DNA from: a virus
Strand: one strand, 5' to 3'
Length of the DNA stretch: 64,000 nt
IMG/VR virus record: IMGVR_UViG_3300033149_003931
Coordinates: 1 to 64,000 of that record
Numbering within the stretch: the stretch's first letter is position 1; every line of letters starts with the position of its first letter. The notes beneath the pieces were generated by a model. It saw nothing but the letters and a program-made list of their open reading frames with translations, was not told the DNA's origin and did no database searches. Made by a program: the position numbers and the translations under genes. Shown here in pieces: positions 8,895 through 18,569 of this stretch.

Positions 8895-9165
8895 ATTCCT
8901 TACCTGCCGGGCGCACCCCTGTAGTTACCATATAAAGTCGGCTGGGAGCCTCCTTGTTAGGTAACGAACCATTGTTGTGGTTCGGTAGCTCTCTTGTGTG
9001 AGGTATCGCAAAATGCGACCTCTTACCAAATCAAAGGGCCGAAAATGCTGGGAAATTTTCCGGATCTCAGGGGATTGTGTTTGCTGGTTTCAGCGTAGGG
9101 CCCCTGTGGCTCTCAGAAGACGCTCAAGCGATTATTTTAGGAATTCTGTAGTCTGGGCCGGCTCA
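8895..9165 (+). ncRNA. Candidate multibranch ncRNA A (unknown family)
   Basis: Nested stems CTGGGAGCC/GGCTCTCAG, GGTAA/TTACC, CGAACCA/TGGTTCG, GAGG..TCGCA/TGCGACCTC, GGGCC/GGCCC; G-U pairs favour the + strand. Confidence 0.55.
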
Positions 9166-9444
9166 TTGAATTCAATAATATATTAATAATCATAAATATA
9201 GTAATAGTAAGTACATAGGTAATTTTTCATAGGAGGTCGAGGGCGGCTCTGCCGGACGAGTTTCTCCTCATAAAAAAGAAGAAAAAAGCCGGCGATCACG
9301 AACAGAGTTCGTGAGGGCGGATTTATTCGGAAGATGTCCTTTTATTAGTAAAAAAAAAAAAAACAAAAAAGGATTAAAATTGATTTGTTTATTAATAATT
9401 AAGGATAAAAAATATGGGAAAGTGATTGTTTTTTCTCTCAGTCG

Positions 9445-9464
9445 TTATTTGTATTTAAGTATAG
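9445..9464 (+). promoter_or_regulatory. Putative late promoter motif TTATTTGTATTTAA-N3-TAG, copy 1
   Basis: Exact 14-mer repeated at 12872 and 21055, each just upstream of an RBS. Confidence 0.7.
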
Positions 9465-9480
9465 AGGGTGGATACTACCT

Positions 9481-9744
9481 ATGAGCAAAAAATTAACTTT
9501 AGCTGAGGATTATCAACAACTGGCCTATGCCTTATTCCAAGAGAAATTATTTAGTATGAGTGGTATGACTATGGAGGATAAGAAAGGTCTAATTGAAGAG
9601 TTTATTCCCAAATCTGAGATGATTGAAAAAGCTATTGAAGTATTAAACAAATTCGGGAGCCTTATGGCTACTGACAGGAGGCTTAATAATGAAATTGACT
9701 CCAGCGAGAGTGACGCGATACCTGAAGAGACAAAAACAGGTTAA
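9481..9744 (+). CDS. Hypothetical protein, first gene of the late block
   Basis: 87-aa ORF after late motif and GAGGGTGG. Confidence 0.65.
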   Translation: MSKKLTLAEDYQQLAYALFQEKLFSMSGMTMEDKKGLIEEFIPKSEMIEKAIEVLNKFGSLMATDRRLNNEIDSSESDAIPEETKTG

Positions 9745-9877
9745 TGATTATCTGCTTAAGATTACGACAAAGGATCGAGAGAGTTTAATTCTACTTTCCC
9801 GGGCTCGCGGCGATCTTCTTACCGGGGAACAAGTGCTTCGAAAATTGAATGAATACCTTGTAAATGGAGGTAAATGA
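9689..9877 (+). CDS. Hypothetical protein (start uncertain)
   Basis: Fills the gap between neighbours; ATGA coupling to the next gene. Confidence 0.4.
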   Translation: MKLTPARVTRYLKRQKQVNDYLLKITTKDRESLILLSRARGDLLTGEQVLRKLNEYLVNGGK

Positions 9878-10179
9878 TGGTAGAGAGTCCAATCTGTTTA
9901 AGCAAGAGTGGAATAATCTTTCCTTTGGAAAAGCTTGGTTTTATTAAAAGACCTTTCTTTTTTAAGTTGCGAGATGGCCGAGTGTTTCCGGTGGGTGAAA
10001 ATGAACAACCTATATTTTTTGTTAGGAAACGAATACGGGTTTCCAGCAAAGTTGGGATTAAGTCTCAGTATGTTCATAGATATTGTGTTGGCGTGAAACG
10101 CACTGATGGTAGTCAAGAGAAAAATTGGGTGTATCCCGATGGTTCTTTTGATATTACCGGCGAACAGCCAAGTATTTAA
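9874..10179 (+). CDS. Hypothetical protein
   Basis: GGAGG SD; co-oriented. Confidence 0.65.
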   Translation: MMVESPICLSKSGIIFPLEKLGFIKRPFFFKLRDGRVFPVGENEQPIFFVRKRIRVSSKVGIKSQYVHRYCVGVKRTDGSQEKNWVYPDGSFDITGEQPSI

Positions 10180-10211
10180 AATTTATTTAGTAAACTTGAG
10201 GAATTAATAAA

Positions 10212-10715
10212 ATGAGTTCTCTCATATCGGTTGTACAAAATGCAGGACAAAGTTATGCCGGGTATGCACAAGAGATAGCTAAGAATATTTCTTATATGTT
10301 ACCGATTGATAGCGCGACTGCCAATAAATCTGCCTATCCCATAACAATTCCAGATTCCGGAACAAGATACTCTTATGAGGTCTGGATTCGACTTCGTTGT
10401 GATTTAGCACCTTCGGATCGTGTTGAGAATATTAAAGCATGGTATGATTCTGGTTTACCTACTCCGGGTTTTACTTTAACAGTTAATAGTGATATAGTTT
10501 CTGTTTATGAGGCTCCAACCAATTTTCAATCTAGTCAAGGAATTCGTGTTGATTTCACTGCTAAAAATGCTGTGGGAAATTCAATTGCTTTGAATGGGAC
10601 TCTACAGAATGTTGGGGATTATTCGAGTTGGCTCTGCTTTCAATTGGAAATTATCAATACAGCATTACCCGGATTCGGTGATGTGGATTATATTTTCCAG
10701 TATGACGAATGGTAA
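10212..10715 (+). CDS. Putative virion structural protein
   Basis: Beta-rich; PI.IP....YSYE.W.R ... FQYDE pattern seen in phage structural modules. Confidence 0.6.
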   Translation: MSSLISVVQNAGQSYAGYAQEIAKNISYMLPIDSATANKSAYPITIPDSGTRYSYEVWIRLRCDLAPSDRVENIKAWYDSGLPTPGFTLTVNSDIVSVYEAPTNFQSSQGIRVDFTAKNAVGNSIALNGTLQNVGDYSSWLCFQLEIINTALPGFGDVDYIFQYDEW

Positions 10716-10763
10716 GTTCTTGTTAGGAAAGACTTTATGGATTAATATTTATTGGAGGTTTAA

Positions 10764-11084
10764 ATGGATTTTAGTCAAATTGCTTTAATCTTTAAAATTA
10801 TTAGTGGTATTATAGCTGTTTTAAATCTTATCGGAATTGTATTTTTATTTTTTGTAAATAAAGCGGCTTTTAATAAAATTGTTACGAATGATCTTCATCA
10901 TGTTGATTTAAAACTAACTTCTTTAACAGAAGAGACTAAAAAGACGAATGAAAAAGTTGGGGTTTTGGCTGAAGATATTGCGTATATTAAGGGAAAGTGT
11001 GCTGCGAATACCTGCGTACCTAAGAAAGCCTATAGGACTCGACGGGCGGCTTCAGTTAAAAAGGGTGTAAAAAAGAAAAGGTGA
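10764..11084 (+). CDS. Holin-like / XhlA-like membrane protein
   Basis: N-terminal TM helix, coiled coil ending IAYIKG, basic tail. Confidence 0.5.
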   Translation: MDFSQIALIFKIISGIIAVLNLIGIVFLFFVNKAAFNKIVTNDLHHVDLKLTSLTEETKKTNEKVGVLAEDIAYIKGKCAANTCVPKKAYRTRRAASVKKGVKKKR

Positions 11085-11091
11085 AAAAATA

Positions 11092-11271
11092 ATGGATTTT
11101 AAAATTTCTGCTGGTTCAGGAAAACAGGGTATGTGTCCCGAGTGTGGTAAGAAACTTTTGAATATGTTCAAGGGCGGAGTTAAACAGGTTGTTTGCTCTT
11201 GCGGCTGGAAACAGATTCTTACGACATATCCTCGGAATTCTATAAACCCTAAACAGATTAGTAAGAGTTAA
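11092..11271 (+). CDS. Small zinc-ribbon protein (59 aa)
   Basis: MDFKIS...CPECG...CSCGW; not in ORF track. Confidence 0.6.
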   Translation: MDFKISAGSGKQGMCPECGKKLLNMFKGGVKQVVCSCGWKQILTTYPRNSINPKQISKS

Positions 11272-11286
11272 ACGGAGGATTAAATC

Positions 11287-11535
11287 ATGGGTGCAAGTAA
11301 AAGAGGTGTAACTGATTATTTAGAGCTCGGCCCGGGAGTTTTCTTTTATCATAAAGAGGCTTTGGCTGAAAGTGGTTATAATTATACCGCATTTATGCAC
11401 AGGGGTGGAAATAGTTATATTATGCGTGAAACTATTTCAACCGGTGAAGCTCAATATGGAGATGGTGGGTTTAAGCTTTCTGAATGGGCTAATCGTGCAA
11501 CAACCGTTGTCTATTCAGATATTTCTGAGGTTTAA
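11287..11535 (+). CDS. Hypothetical virion protein
   Basis: GGAGG SD; W.NRAT..Y ending. Confidence 0.6.
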   Translation: MGASKRGVTDYLELGPGVFFYHKEALAESGYNYTAFMHRGGNSYIMRETISTGEAQYGDGGFKLSEWANRATTVVYSDISEV

Positions 11536-11550
11536 GGGGGCTAAGTAATT

Positions 11551-12801
11551 ATGTCAGATTTTCAAAGAATCATTAATAAATATACTGGAATGTCACAATT
11601 ATCTTTGAAACAAGAGGTTCTTGATACTTTTCGGGATATTATGATGGATAACGCCATAGCTGTTGCTGAGGCGGATGCGGCTATTAATTATGAGATGATT
11701 AATGGTTTTAGGGATGCTTATGAAGATCAAAGTAAGATAGATCTAATTAATTCTTCAAATATTCTTTATGATGTTGCGGGAAAGTATTATGAACCAGCTG
11801 TTTCTGGTGGGATTGATGCCTATACGGTTTTTCTTGCTCATATGAATGGTGCAGACGGGTCTCAAACATTCATAGATGATAGTAATTCTGCCCACGTAAT
11901 TACCGCACATGGTAATTTGCAGATTGATACTGCTTATTATAAATTTCCAACGGGTTCTGGTTTGTTTGATGGTATAGGAGATTATGGGTCAATGCCAGTT
12001 TCAGACGATTTTGATCTTGGTATTGGTAATTTTGTTGGGGAGTTTTGGATTAGACGTAGTGGTAATATCCCTGATTATGGTGGAGTTTTTTCAACCTCTG
12101 ATGGGACTACAAATGGCTGGGCAATTTATTTTGGAAACGGTGCGACTCAAAATTATTGCAAGTTTGCCGCAGCTACAGGTGGTTGGGGTGATAAATTGGT
12201 ATCGGATACTATTTTACCCGATAATACTTTGACACATTTTGCTATTGTACGGAGTGGAAATACTTTAAAAATGTATCAGGCAGGGCTTGAGGTGGCAAGT
12301 GCAGATGTTACGGGGTTAGATTTTGCTGATGGTACAAATAATCCGAATATTGGAAGATTGTTTGTGACTACGGATAATTATTATCTAAAAGCACATCTTG
12401 ATGAAATCCGGATTTCTAAAGGGATTGATCGGGGGTGGACAGGGTCTACGATTACTGTACCGACCTTTCCATACTCCGCCTCTAAGCATAATATGACATT
12501 AATATCTAAGGGTTTTTCTGTACCAGCCGTACCTTCTGCTGCTAGAATGTTACATAAAATTCAATATCTGACATCGGTTGAGTTAGACACTGATCTTAAG
12601 TTTTACTTATCCAGAAATGGGGATACAAATAGAATTAAAGGTACACCTGAATTACTTAGAACAATTGGTTTAAATAAATTAATTGGTGTGGATTTTAATT
12701 TATCGGGATTACCGTCCGGGACGGACATGGTTTATCGGACTGTATCTGATAATAATAAAAACTTTTATTCAAAAGCTCTTGCATGTCAGATAAAAACTTA
12801 A
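11551..12801 (+). CDS. LamG/concanavalin A-like domain virion protein
   Basis: LAHMNGADGSQTFID...FDG.GDY...EFWIR...HFAIVRSG.TL.MY..G...LDEIRISKG. Confidence 0.85.
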   Translation: MSDFQRIINKYTGMSQLSLKQEVLDTFRDIMMDNAIAVAEADAAINYEMINGFRDAYEDQSKIDLINSSNILYDVAGKYYEPAVSGGIDAYTVFLAHMNGADGSQTFIDDSNSAHVITAHGNLQIDTAYYKFPTGSGLFDGIGDYGSMPVSDDFDLGIGNFVGEFWIRRSGNIPDYGGVFSTSDGTTNGWAIYFGNGATQNYCKFAAATGGWGDKLVSDTILPDNTLTHFAIVRSGNTLKMYQAGLEVASADVTGLDFADGTNNPNIGRLFVTTDNYYLKAHLDEIRISKGIDRGWTGSTITVPTFPYSASKHNMTLISKGFSVPAVPSAARMLHKIQYLTSVELDTDLKFYLSRNGDTNRIKGTPELLRTIGLNKLIGVDFNLSGLPSGTDMVYRTVSDNNKNFYSKALACQIKT

Positions 12802-12871
12802 TAAATTTTTTGGGAGGCGACGCTCATAAGTTGATAAAATATACTAATAACGGAGGTTTTTCTTAAGGACG

Positions 12872-12891
12872 TTATTTGTATTTAATAGTAG
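12872..12891 (+). promoter_or_regulatory. Putative late promoter motif, copy 2
   Basis: TTATTTGTATTTAA-TAG-TAG before the tube/protease/capsid genes. Confidence 0.7.
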
Positions 12892-12911
12892 AAACCAAGG
12901 AGGAAATTAAT

Positions 12912-13310
12912 ATGGCGGATCTGAAGGCAAATGTGGGTAGGATCTTAGTTGGGTCTGGTTTAGACCAACATGAGATCGCTAACTGTGAAGGAATTGAGGT
13001 TGATTATGATTTCAACCCGATCAAGCACTTTGCAGCCGATAGACAATATCCGATTTTTGTTGCTCATGGAAATAGCGAGTTAACGATTACGGTGGACTGT
13101 GCGGAGTACAAAGCAGATAGCACTTATGCTATTGATACAATTGCTCAAAATGGTGTTCCGGTTACGGTTGAACTATTAGCTGGTTATCGTGGTGGTGGGA
13201 TTCCTGCTGCAACATATACTAATTGTGTGGTTGTTCAGTATACCGTTACCTCAAGACAGGGTGATGTGGTCAAAGCTCGGGTAATTCTGAGCAAGCAATC
13301 TGATACATAA
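12912..13310 (+). CDS. Probable major tail tube protein
   Basis: AAGGAGG SD, ATG 12912; 132 aa all-beta pattern (IEVDYDFN..........PI.VAHG..ELTITVD) typical of tube proteins; no tube gene at the usual position. Confidence 0.55.
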   Translation: MADLKANVGRILVGSGLDQHEIANCEGIEVDYDFNPIKHFAADRQYPIFVAHGNSELTITVDCAEYKADSTYAIDTIAQNGVPVTVELLAGYRGGGIPAATYTNCVVVQYTVTSRQGDVVKARVILSKQSDT

Positions 13311-13338
13311 TCAGATGGTAGCTAAGGAGGCTAATTTT

Positions 13339-14478
13339 ATGGAATTAAATAAAAAAAGAAAAGGTTTTCTCAGAACGTTCATCCGACAAGTAGATGAGGA
13401 AAATCTTACAATTACTCATACTATTAATACGAAGGCGCTAGATCGTTATAGTACCGTCGTGTTGCCAAAAGGGGCTGATGTCAAGCATTTTTTAAATAAT
13501 GCTGTCGTATTATGGTCACATAATATGGATGTAGCGACACCGAAAATCCCGATTGCTAAATGCGTCAGTTTAGATATTCGTGAGGAGGAAATAGAGGCGG
13601 TGACTGAGTTTAATAAAAAGGATCCTTTAGCGGTTAAAGTTTTTAACGCTTATCGGGATGGTTTTTTACATGCTTGGTCAATAGGTTTTATGCCTATGCA
13701 ATATAAACAGATTGATGAAGAAAATGTGGAAGACATTAATCAGAAATATGGTCTGAAGATTTCAAAAGACGATATTAATGATGCCGGTTATTGGGGTGTC
13801 TATCTTATTCTTAAATGGGAATTGCTTGAGTATTCAGCGGTACCCGTACCCGGAAATCCGGAAGCTTTATCTGCTGATGATGAAAGTACGTTTAAAAGAG
13901 AATTGGTTACCCGCGGTTTGGTTGATGAAAAGATTGCTAATTCGATGGATATTCGTGCTTCTTTAAAAAGAGATGAAGAGATACCGGTGGAAGAAACTCC
14001 GGCAGAGGAGGCACCTGTTGAAGAGACCCTAGCAGAAGAGGAAGAAGTACCTGCCGAAGAGACACCGGCAGGGGAAGTTCCGGCTGAGGAGACGCCGGCA
14101 GAAGAGGCCCCGGCAGAAGAAATGCCAGCTGAAGAGGAAGCTGAATCTACCGACTCAACGGAAGATAATACTGAATCTAATGATAACGTCGCTGAAGACA
14201 CCGATACTTCTGAAGAAGAGCAAGATACCAATACGGAAAGAAAGGCTCTCGAAAGTAAGATCGATGAACTCAATCAGAAGAATCAAGAATTATCGGAAAG
14301 ATTGACTAATCTTGAAACGAAACTGAATGAATTGTCAAATATGAATTCTGTTTTAGCAGAGATTAAGCAAAGTCTTGATGTTGATAATATAGAAAAAGTG
14401 AGGGAGGCAGCTCAGAAAAGAAAAGCGGGCCAGAATCCCGATACGTGGTTTAGTAATTACATACGCTCTGCTAAGTAA
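13339..14478 (+). CDS. HK97-type prohead protease fused to acidic linker and coiled-coil scaffold
   Basis: LDRY..VV.P.G, VLWSHN, WSIGF, LLEYSAVPVPGNPEAL; EETPA repeats then heptad coil; AAGGAGG SD. Confidence 0.9.
   Translation: MELNKKRKGFLRTFIRQVDEENLTITHTINTKALDRYSTVVLPKGADVKHFLNNAVVLWSHNMDVATPKIPIAKCVSLDIREEEIEAVTEFNKKDPLAVKVFNAYRDGFLHAWSIGFMPMQYKQIDEENVEDINQKYGLKISKDDINDAGYWGVYLILKWELLEYSAVPVPGNPEALSADDESTFKRELVTRGLVDEKIANSMDIRASLKRDEEIPVEETPAEEAPVEETLAEEEEVPAEETPAGEVPAEETPAEEAPAEEMPAEEEAESTDSTEDNTESNDNVAEDTDTSEEEQDTNTERKALESKIDELNQKNQELSERLTNLETKLNELSNMNSVLAEIKQSLDVDNIEKVREAAQKRKAGQNPDTWFSNYIRSAK
13975..14145 (+). repeat. ~15-bp imperfect tandem repeat encoding EE(T/A/V)PA
   Basis: EEIPVEETPAEEAPVEETLAEEEEVPAEETPAGEVPAEETPAEEAPAEEMPAEEE. 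Confidence 0.85.
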
Positions 14479-14536
14479 TTATAACGGAAAGAAAGAAGTA
14501 ACGAATCGTTTTAAATAAACAAGGAGGAACCTTAAT

Positions 14537-15475
14537 ATGGATTTTGTAATTCCTGCTGGTAGTGCTACTAATCTTCCAAAAGAATTAGTGGACAAGATTG
14601 TTGAAGACGCCATCGAAAAGTCTTTAGTTTTACGCATGGTCGATTCAAGGGATCAATTGATTGAGATCGTTAATGAGGGTACTATCCCGGTTATCGGTGA
14701 AGAGGATCTTGACAAAGTTTATCGTCTTGATAACACGGCTGATATTACTACATTGACTGAAATGAGTTTTGATATTAAGTCACCTGATTTGGAACCTGTT
14801 GAATTAGGTACTTATATCTATCTGAAGAAGAAACAGGTAGCTCAATATCCTGAACTCAAACTGGATCAATTGTTTCGTAATAAAATTAGTCGTGCGATTG
14901 CTCGTACAGCGGACAAGATGGCCCTTAAGGGTGACACAACTGCTGTTGGCGCAACGAATCCTCTGAATATTTCAGATGGTATCGAGAAACTGGCTAACAC
15001 GGCTAACGCCGCTAACGCCCCTGTTGAATATACGACTTCTAACGCACAGAACATTCTTGACGCTGTAGCTGAAGCACAGAGTGATCTTGGTGTTTATGGT
15101 TCTGAAGAAGATATGGAAGATTTAATTTTGCTTGGTTCTTCTGATTTCGTAACTGCCGCTAAGAAATCTGCATCTAAAGAGATGGTTGGTTATGATATTG
15201 AAGATGTACCTGCTATTAATCTTCGCCGAGTTGTTCATATTCATGGTATTCCATTGGTTCGTCGTCTAAATATTACGGGCGAAAAAGCCATTTTAGCAAA
15301 TATGAAAGGCGCTTTTGCTGGATATTATGGTAATATTGAAGTTGATGTTGAGCACAAAGCTGGCCGTCGGGCTGATCTCTTGGTTGTCACGTATTGGTTT
15401 GATTTTGTTTGGGCTTTTGTTAATGGCAGCAATAAGAGTGAGGGTTTGATTACTATTCAAAAAGCAAGTTCTTAA
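14537..15475 (+). CDS. Major capsid protein (HK97 fold)
   Basis: Follows protease; LPKEL.DKIVE...KSLV, AIAR..D..AL.GD, DGI.K; strong SD and downstream terminator. Confidence 0.88.
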   Translation: MDFVIPAGSATNLPKELVDKIVEDAIEKSLVLRMVDSRDQLIEIVNEGTIPVIGEEDLDKVYRLDNTADITTLTEMSFDIKSPDLEPVELGTYIYLKKKQVAQYPELKLDQLFRNKISRAIARTADKMALKGDTTAVGATNPLNISDGIEKLANTANAANAPVEYTTSNAQNILDAVAEAQSDLGVYGSEEDMEDLILLGSSDFVTAAKKSASKEMVGYDIEDVPAINLRRVVHIHGIPLVRRLNITGEKAILANMKGAFAGYYGNIEVDVEHKAGRRADLLVVTYWFDFVWAFVNGSNKSEGLITIQKASS

Positions 15476-15493
15476 TCTTTGATTGAAGATTAT

Positions 15494-15534
15494 CTGGTAG
15501 AGTTCTGGCTATTTTCGGAGCTCTACCAGTTTTT
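15494..15534 (+). terminator. Rho-independent terminator after capsid gene
   Basis: CTGGTAGAGTTCTG/CGGAGCTCTACCAG stem followed by TTTTT. Confidence 0.75.
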
Positions 15535-15643
15535 GTAAGCGTCATCTACCAAGTGTAGAAGGACATGCGGCGTCGTAGGAAATATCTTACGCTGCCGTTA
15601 ATTTTAAATATTGTTAATATCATAAAATTGATGAGGGAAACCC

Positions 15644-18022
15644 ATGGCGGCCTTCAGACTTATTTCAGATGAGATTATTACTTACATACCTAATCCTTTC
15701 GACAAAACTCTCATAAAACAAAAAAATTATATTATCCCAAAACCTAAAGGTAAATGTACCGTTGTCGGTTTTGTAAGCCATTTAAAGGGGCCCGCAGCAA
15801 TTCATCCTTTGGTATACTCTTTGGTTGAACAAGGTATAGGAATTGTTTATGTTTGTGATAAAATGCCTTCAGAACCCCTTATTGATGAACACATTCATTA
15901 CTTAGAATGTCCGGATAGATGGTTCATTCATACTCTCTTCCTAAACCCGCTTAATTTTGCCTCAGTTTTTTGTTCTTGCTCGCATCAAAAGTTAGCTTTG
16001 GCCTTTTCTGAATTCACTAAATATTATATTCCAATATTAAACACCATACGTGATGTTTTAAGATTATCAAAAAATTTCGATTCAAATAAAAACACTGTGC
16101 TGGTAGAAATTTTTGGTGGCGTCGGGGATCATCTTTTAACTATTCCCTCATTGAAAACTTTAGCAAGTAAAGGGAATAAGGTCTTTGTATTATGCGAGGA
16201 TCATCGTAAACCCTGTTTTAATAACCTGCCTTATATTAAAGGCTTTTTCTCAAAAAGAAGTGACGTTAATATTTCCAAATTTAAAAAAATTATTTATTTA
16301 CACTTTGGGCAATTATTAAATGATTACAGGAAAGATTTTAATAAACAAAATAGAATTTATTCTGTAGCTGAGTTGTGTGGATTCAGACCAGAAGATTTGG
16401 TTATAGATACGCCAGAAATTATCTTTACTAAAGAGGAGTTAGCTTTAGCCAGAAGTAAGTGGGCCCCGTATAAAAATAAAATATTCTTAGGGTATGATAG
16501 TGCTAGAATTGATTCTAAGCTCCCGAATAATATGGCACAGAGTCTTATCAATAAGTTTAAAGCCCGAGGTCATACAGTTTTCGTAGCCTCTATTAGGCGA
16601 CATTCCTTTGAGAATTGTATAGACCTGAGTAAAAAGACATCACTAAGAGAAATGTTTGCGTTAATCGCTATGGTGGATTGTGTAGTTACCGTAGATACCT
16701 CTTTTCTTCATGTAGCCGGTGCCTTGAATAAAAAAACTTTTTGTATGTTAAATTATTTTAAACCGGAATGGAGGTGTGGGACGTATAAAAACTGTTCTAC
16801 ATACACCCCAAATGTTCCTTGTTTCCCTTGTGTTGCAAAGCAATTTGTTTCCTCAAAGGACTGGCAATGTCATAGAAAATCTTGTTATGAGTTTCAGGAT
16901 GTGGATAAAATAATGAATGACGTTTCTCAGTTTTTAGATAAACGTATTTGTGATGGAAAAGAGATTTTACAAGGCTCTAATTTAATAGGCGTGGAAATAA
17001 ACTTACCCGATAAAATAGATAGGCGTTTACTTCCCGGGAAAGTGATTTCAGTAAGAAAAACCGGTGGTAAAAAAATCGCGGCTTTTTGGATGGGTGGTTT
17101 AGGCGATTCGATAATGCTGAGTTATCTTTGTCGGGCTATTAAAAGAAAATATCCTGAAGCTAATATAGACGCCTTTGTAAGGGATGCAAGACAGGTTCAA
17201 TTTTTTGTATTCGATTATCCGGATATTAAAGCGCAGTTTTCTAATTTAGATTGGAGAAGGCTTTTTAAGAAAATAAAAAATGACTATGATATTATTTATG
17301 AATTTCGTCCGTATCCGTATATTTGGCATAATGATGATCCCAGTTTAAATAAGAAATTTGATGCAGAGTTATATAATAATTGGCAAAAATCTACGGGATA
17401 CATTCTTAATAATTGGAATAAGCAGACATTCCTTTATTATGCACAGCAAACTGAGTTAAACTTGACTGAACAGGATATGCAAATCCCTCTTGTGCATAAA
17501 GTCGACCTATCAGGGTTTTTAAGAGATAAATATAATTTAGGAGAGAAATATTTAACAATCAGTTCTGGGTGTGACCAAAATGTTGGTTTACTTAAGCTGT
17601 GGCCCAATAAGAAATGGGCTGAATTAATTAGTAAGTTAAAAGCTGAGGGATATACTGTTATCCAGTTAGGGGATAAAATAGACCCGGTATTGGACGGGGC
17701 GCGAAAAGTTTGTTGTAGGAATCTTATTGATTTAATGTATGTTTTAAAGAGGAGTCAATTTCATATTGGGAATGAGGGTGGCCCCATTCATTTAGCTCAT
17801 GCGGTAGGGACTAAGAGTATTGCTTTATTTGGGCCGACTAATCCAACGCTTTATGGTTATCCAGACAATATCAATATTTATAATCAAAAATGTCCCTCTT
17901 GTTGGTGGCTGGTTCAGGGTTGGAGTCAAAACTGTAAGAAGGGGTATAAGTCTTGTATTAATCTTGATGAAATTAGTGTTAATCAAGTTTATGGTGGTGT
18001 TTTGGAAGCAACCCGGATTTAA
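15644..18022 (+). CDS. Tandem double GT9 (ADP-heptose:heptosyltransferase-like) glycosyltransferase
   Basis: Two GGxGD starts (GGVGD, GGLGD) and two GT9 C-motifs (VTVDTSFLHVAGAL; IGNEGGPIHLAHAVG...LFGPT), each followed by a CxPC-like Cys cluster. Confidence 0.88.
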   Translation: MAAFRLISDEIITYIPNPFDKTLIKQKNYIIPKPKGKCTVVGFVSHLKGPAAIHPLVYSLVEQGIGIVYVCDKMPSEPLIDEHIHYLECPDRWFIHTLFLNPLNFASVFCSCSHQKLALAFSEFTKYYIPILNTIRDVLRLSKNFDSNKNTVLVEIFGGVGDHLLTIPSLKTLASKGNKVFVLCEDHRKPCFNNLPYIKGFFSKRSDVNISKFKKIIYLHFGQLLNDYRKDFNKQNRIYSVAELCGFRPEDLVIDTPEIIFTKEELALARSKWAPYKNKIFLGYDSARIDSKLPNNMAQSLINKFKARGHTVFVASIRRHSFENCIDLSKKTSLREMFALIAMVDCVVTVDTSFLHVAGALNKKTFCMLNYFKPEWRCGTYKNCSTYTPNVPCFPCVAKQFVSSKDWQCHRKSCYEFQDVDKIMNDVSQFLDKRICDGKEILQGSNLIGVEINLPDKIDRRLLPGKVISVRKTGGKKIAAFWMGGLGDSIMLSYLCRAIKRKYPEANIDAFVRDARQVQFFVFDYPDIKAQFSNLDWRRLFKKIKNDYDIIYEFRPYPYIWHNDDPSLNKKFDAELYNNWQKSTGYILNNWNKQTFLYYAQQTELNLTEQDMQIPLVHKVDLSGFLRDKYNLGEKYLTISSGCDQNVGLLKLWPNKKWAELISKLKAEGYTVIQLGDKIDPVLDGARKVCCRNLIDLMYVLKRSQFHIGNEGGPIHLAHAVGTKSIALFGPTNPTLYGYPDNINIYNQKCPSCWWLVQGWSQNCKKGYKSCINLDEISVNQVYGGVLEATRI

Positions 18023-18033
18023 GGAGATTTATT

Positions 18034-18567
18034 ATGCGATCAATTTCTGAAAAAGATTTAATTTTACTGTCTAATAAAAAATCTGGGATGAGTATTGTTG
18101 AACTGATTGAGCTTTGTAAATTAATTGATATACATAAGCCTAAAAGAATTTTAGAGATTGGTACCAAGCACGGAAGGACTACGATTAATATGGCTAAGTT
18201 TAGTCCTGAAGATGCTGAGATATTCTCTGTTGATATTTTGGTCTTAGATAAGCCTGAGATTTGTGAGTTATCTGAATATAAAAAGATTACTTTTCTTCAG
18301 GGCGATACCCTGACGTTTGATTTTAGGACTGTAGGTAAAGATCAGTTTGATTTTATTTTGGTGGATGCCAACCATCTTGAAAAATTTGTGATTAATGATA
18401 CCAAGATCGCTTATCATTTAATTAAGCCTGAGGGAATTATTGTTTGGCATGACTATAATAAAGATCAGTCGTATAACAATCTTCAGGTAACTCAAGCATT
18501 GAACAGGCTGGGAATTAAGCCTAATGTTATTGGTAAAACATCGTTGGTTTGGTTAAAGGTAAAATAA
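18034..18567 (+). CDS. Class I SAM-dependent O-methyltransferase (Methyltransf_24-like)
   Basis: ILEIGT..G.T, FDFILVDANH, GIIVWHDY. Confidence 0.85.
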   Translation: MRSISEKDLILLSNKKSGMSIVELIELCKLIDIHKPKRILEIGTKHGRTTINMAKFSPEDAEIFSVDILVLDKPEICELSEYKKITFLQGDTLTFDFRTVGKDQFDFILVDANHLEKFVINDTKIAYHLIKPEGIIVWHDYNKDQSYNNLQVTQALNRLGIKPNVIGKTSLVWLKVK

Positions 18568-18569
18568 TT

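Noticed and set aside
8609-9186. Short overlapping ORFs in the strand-switch region
   Set aside because: No SD, non-ATG starts, conflicting strands; the region is better explained by promoters, repeats and RNA structure
13800-14273. Ser-rich antisense ORF
   Set aside because: Mirror of the Glu/Pro/Ala repeat in the protease gene
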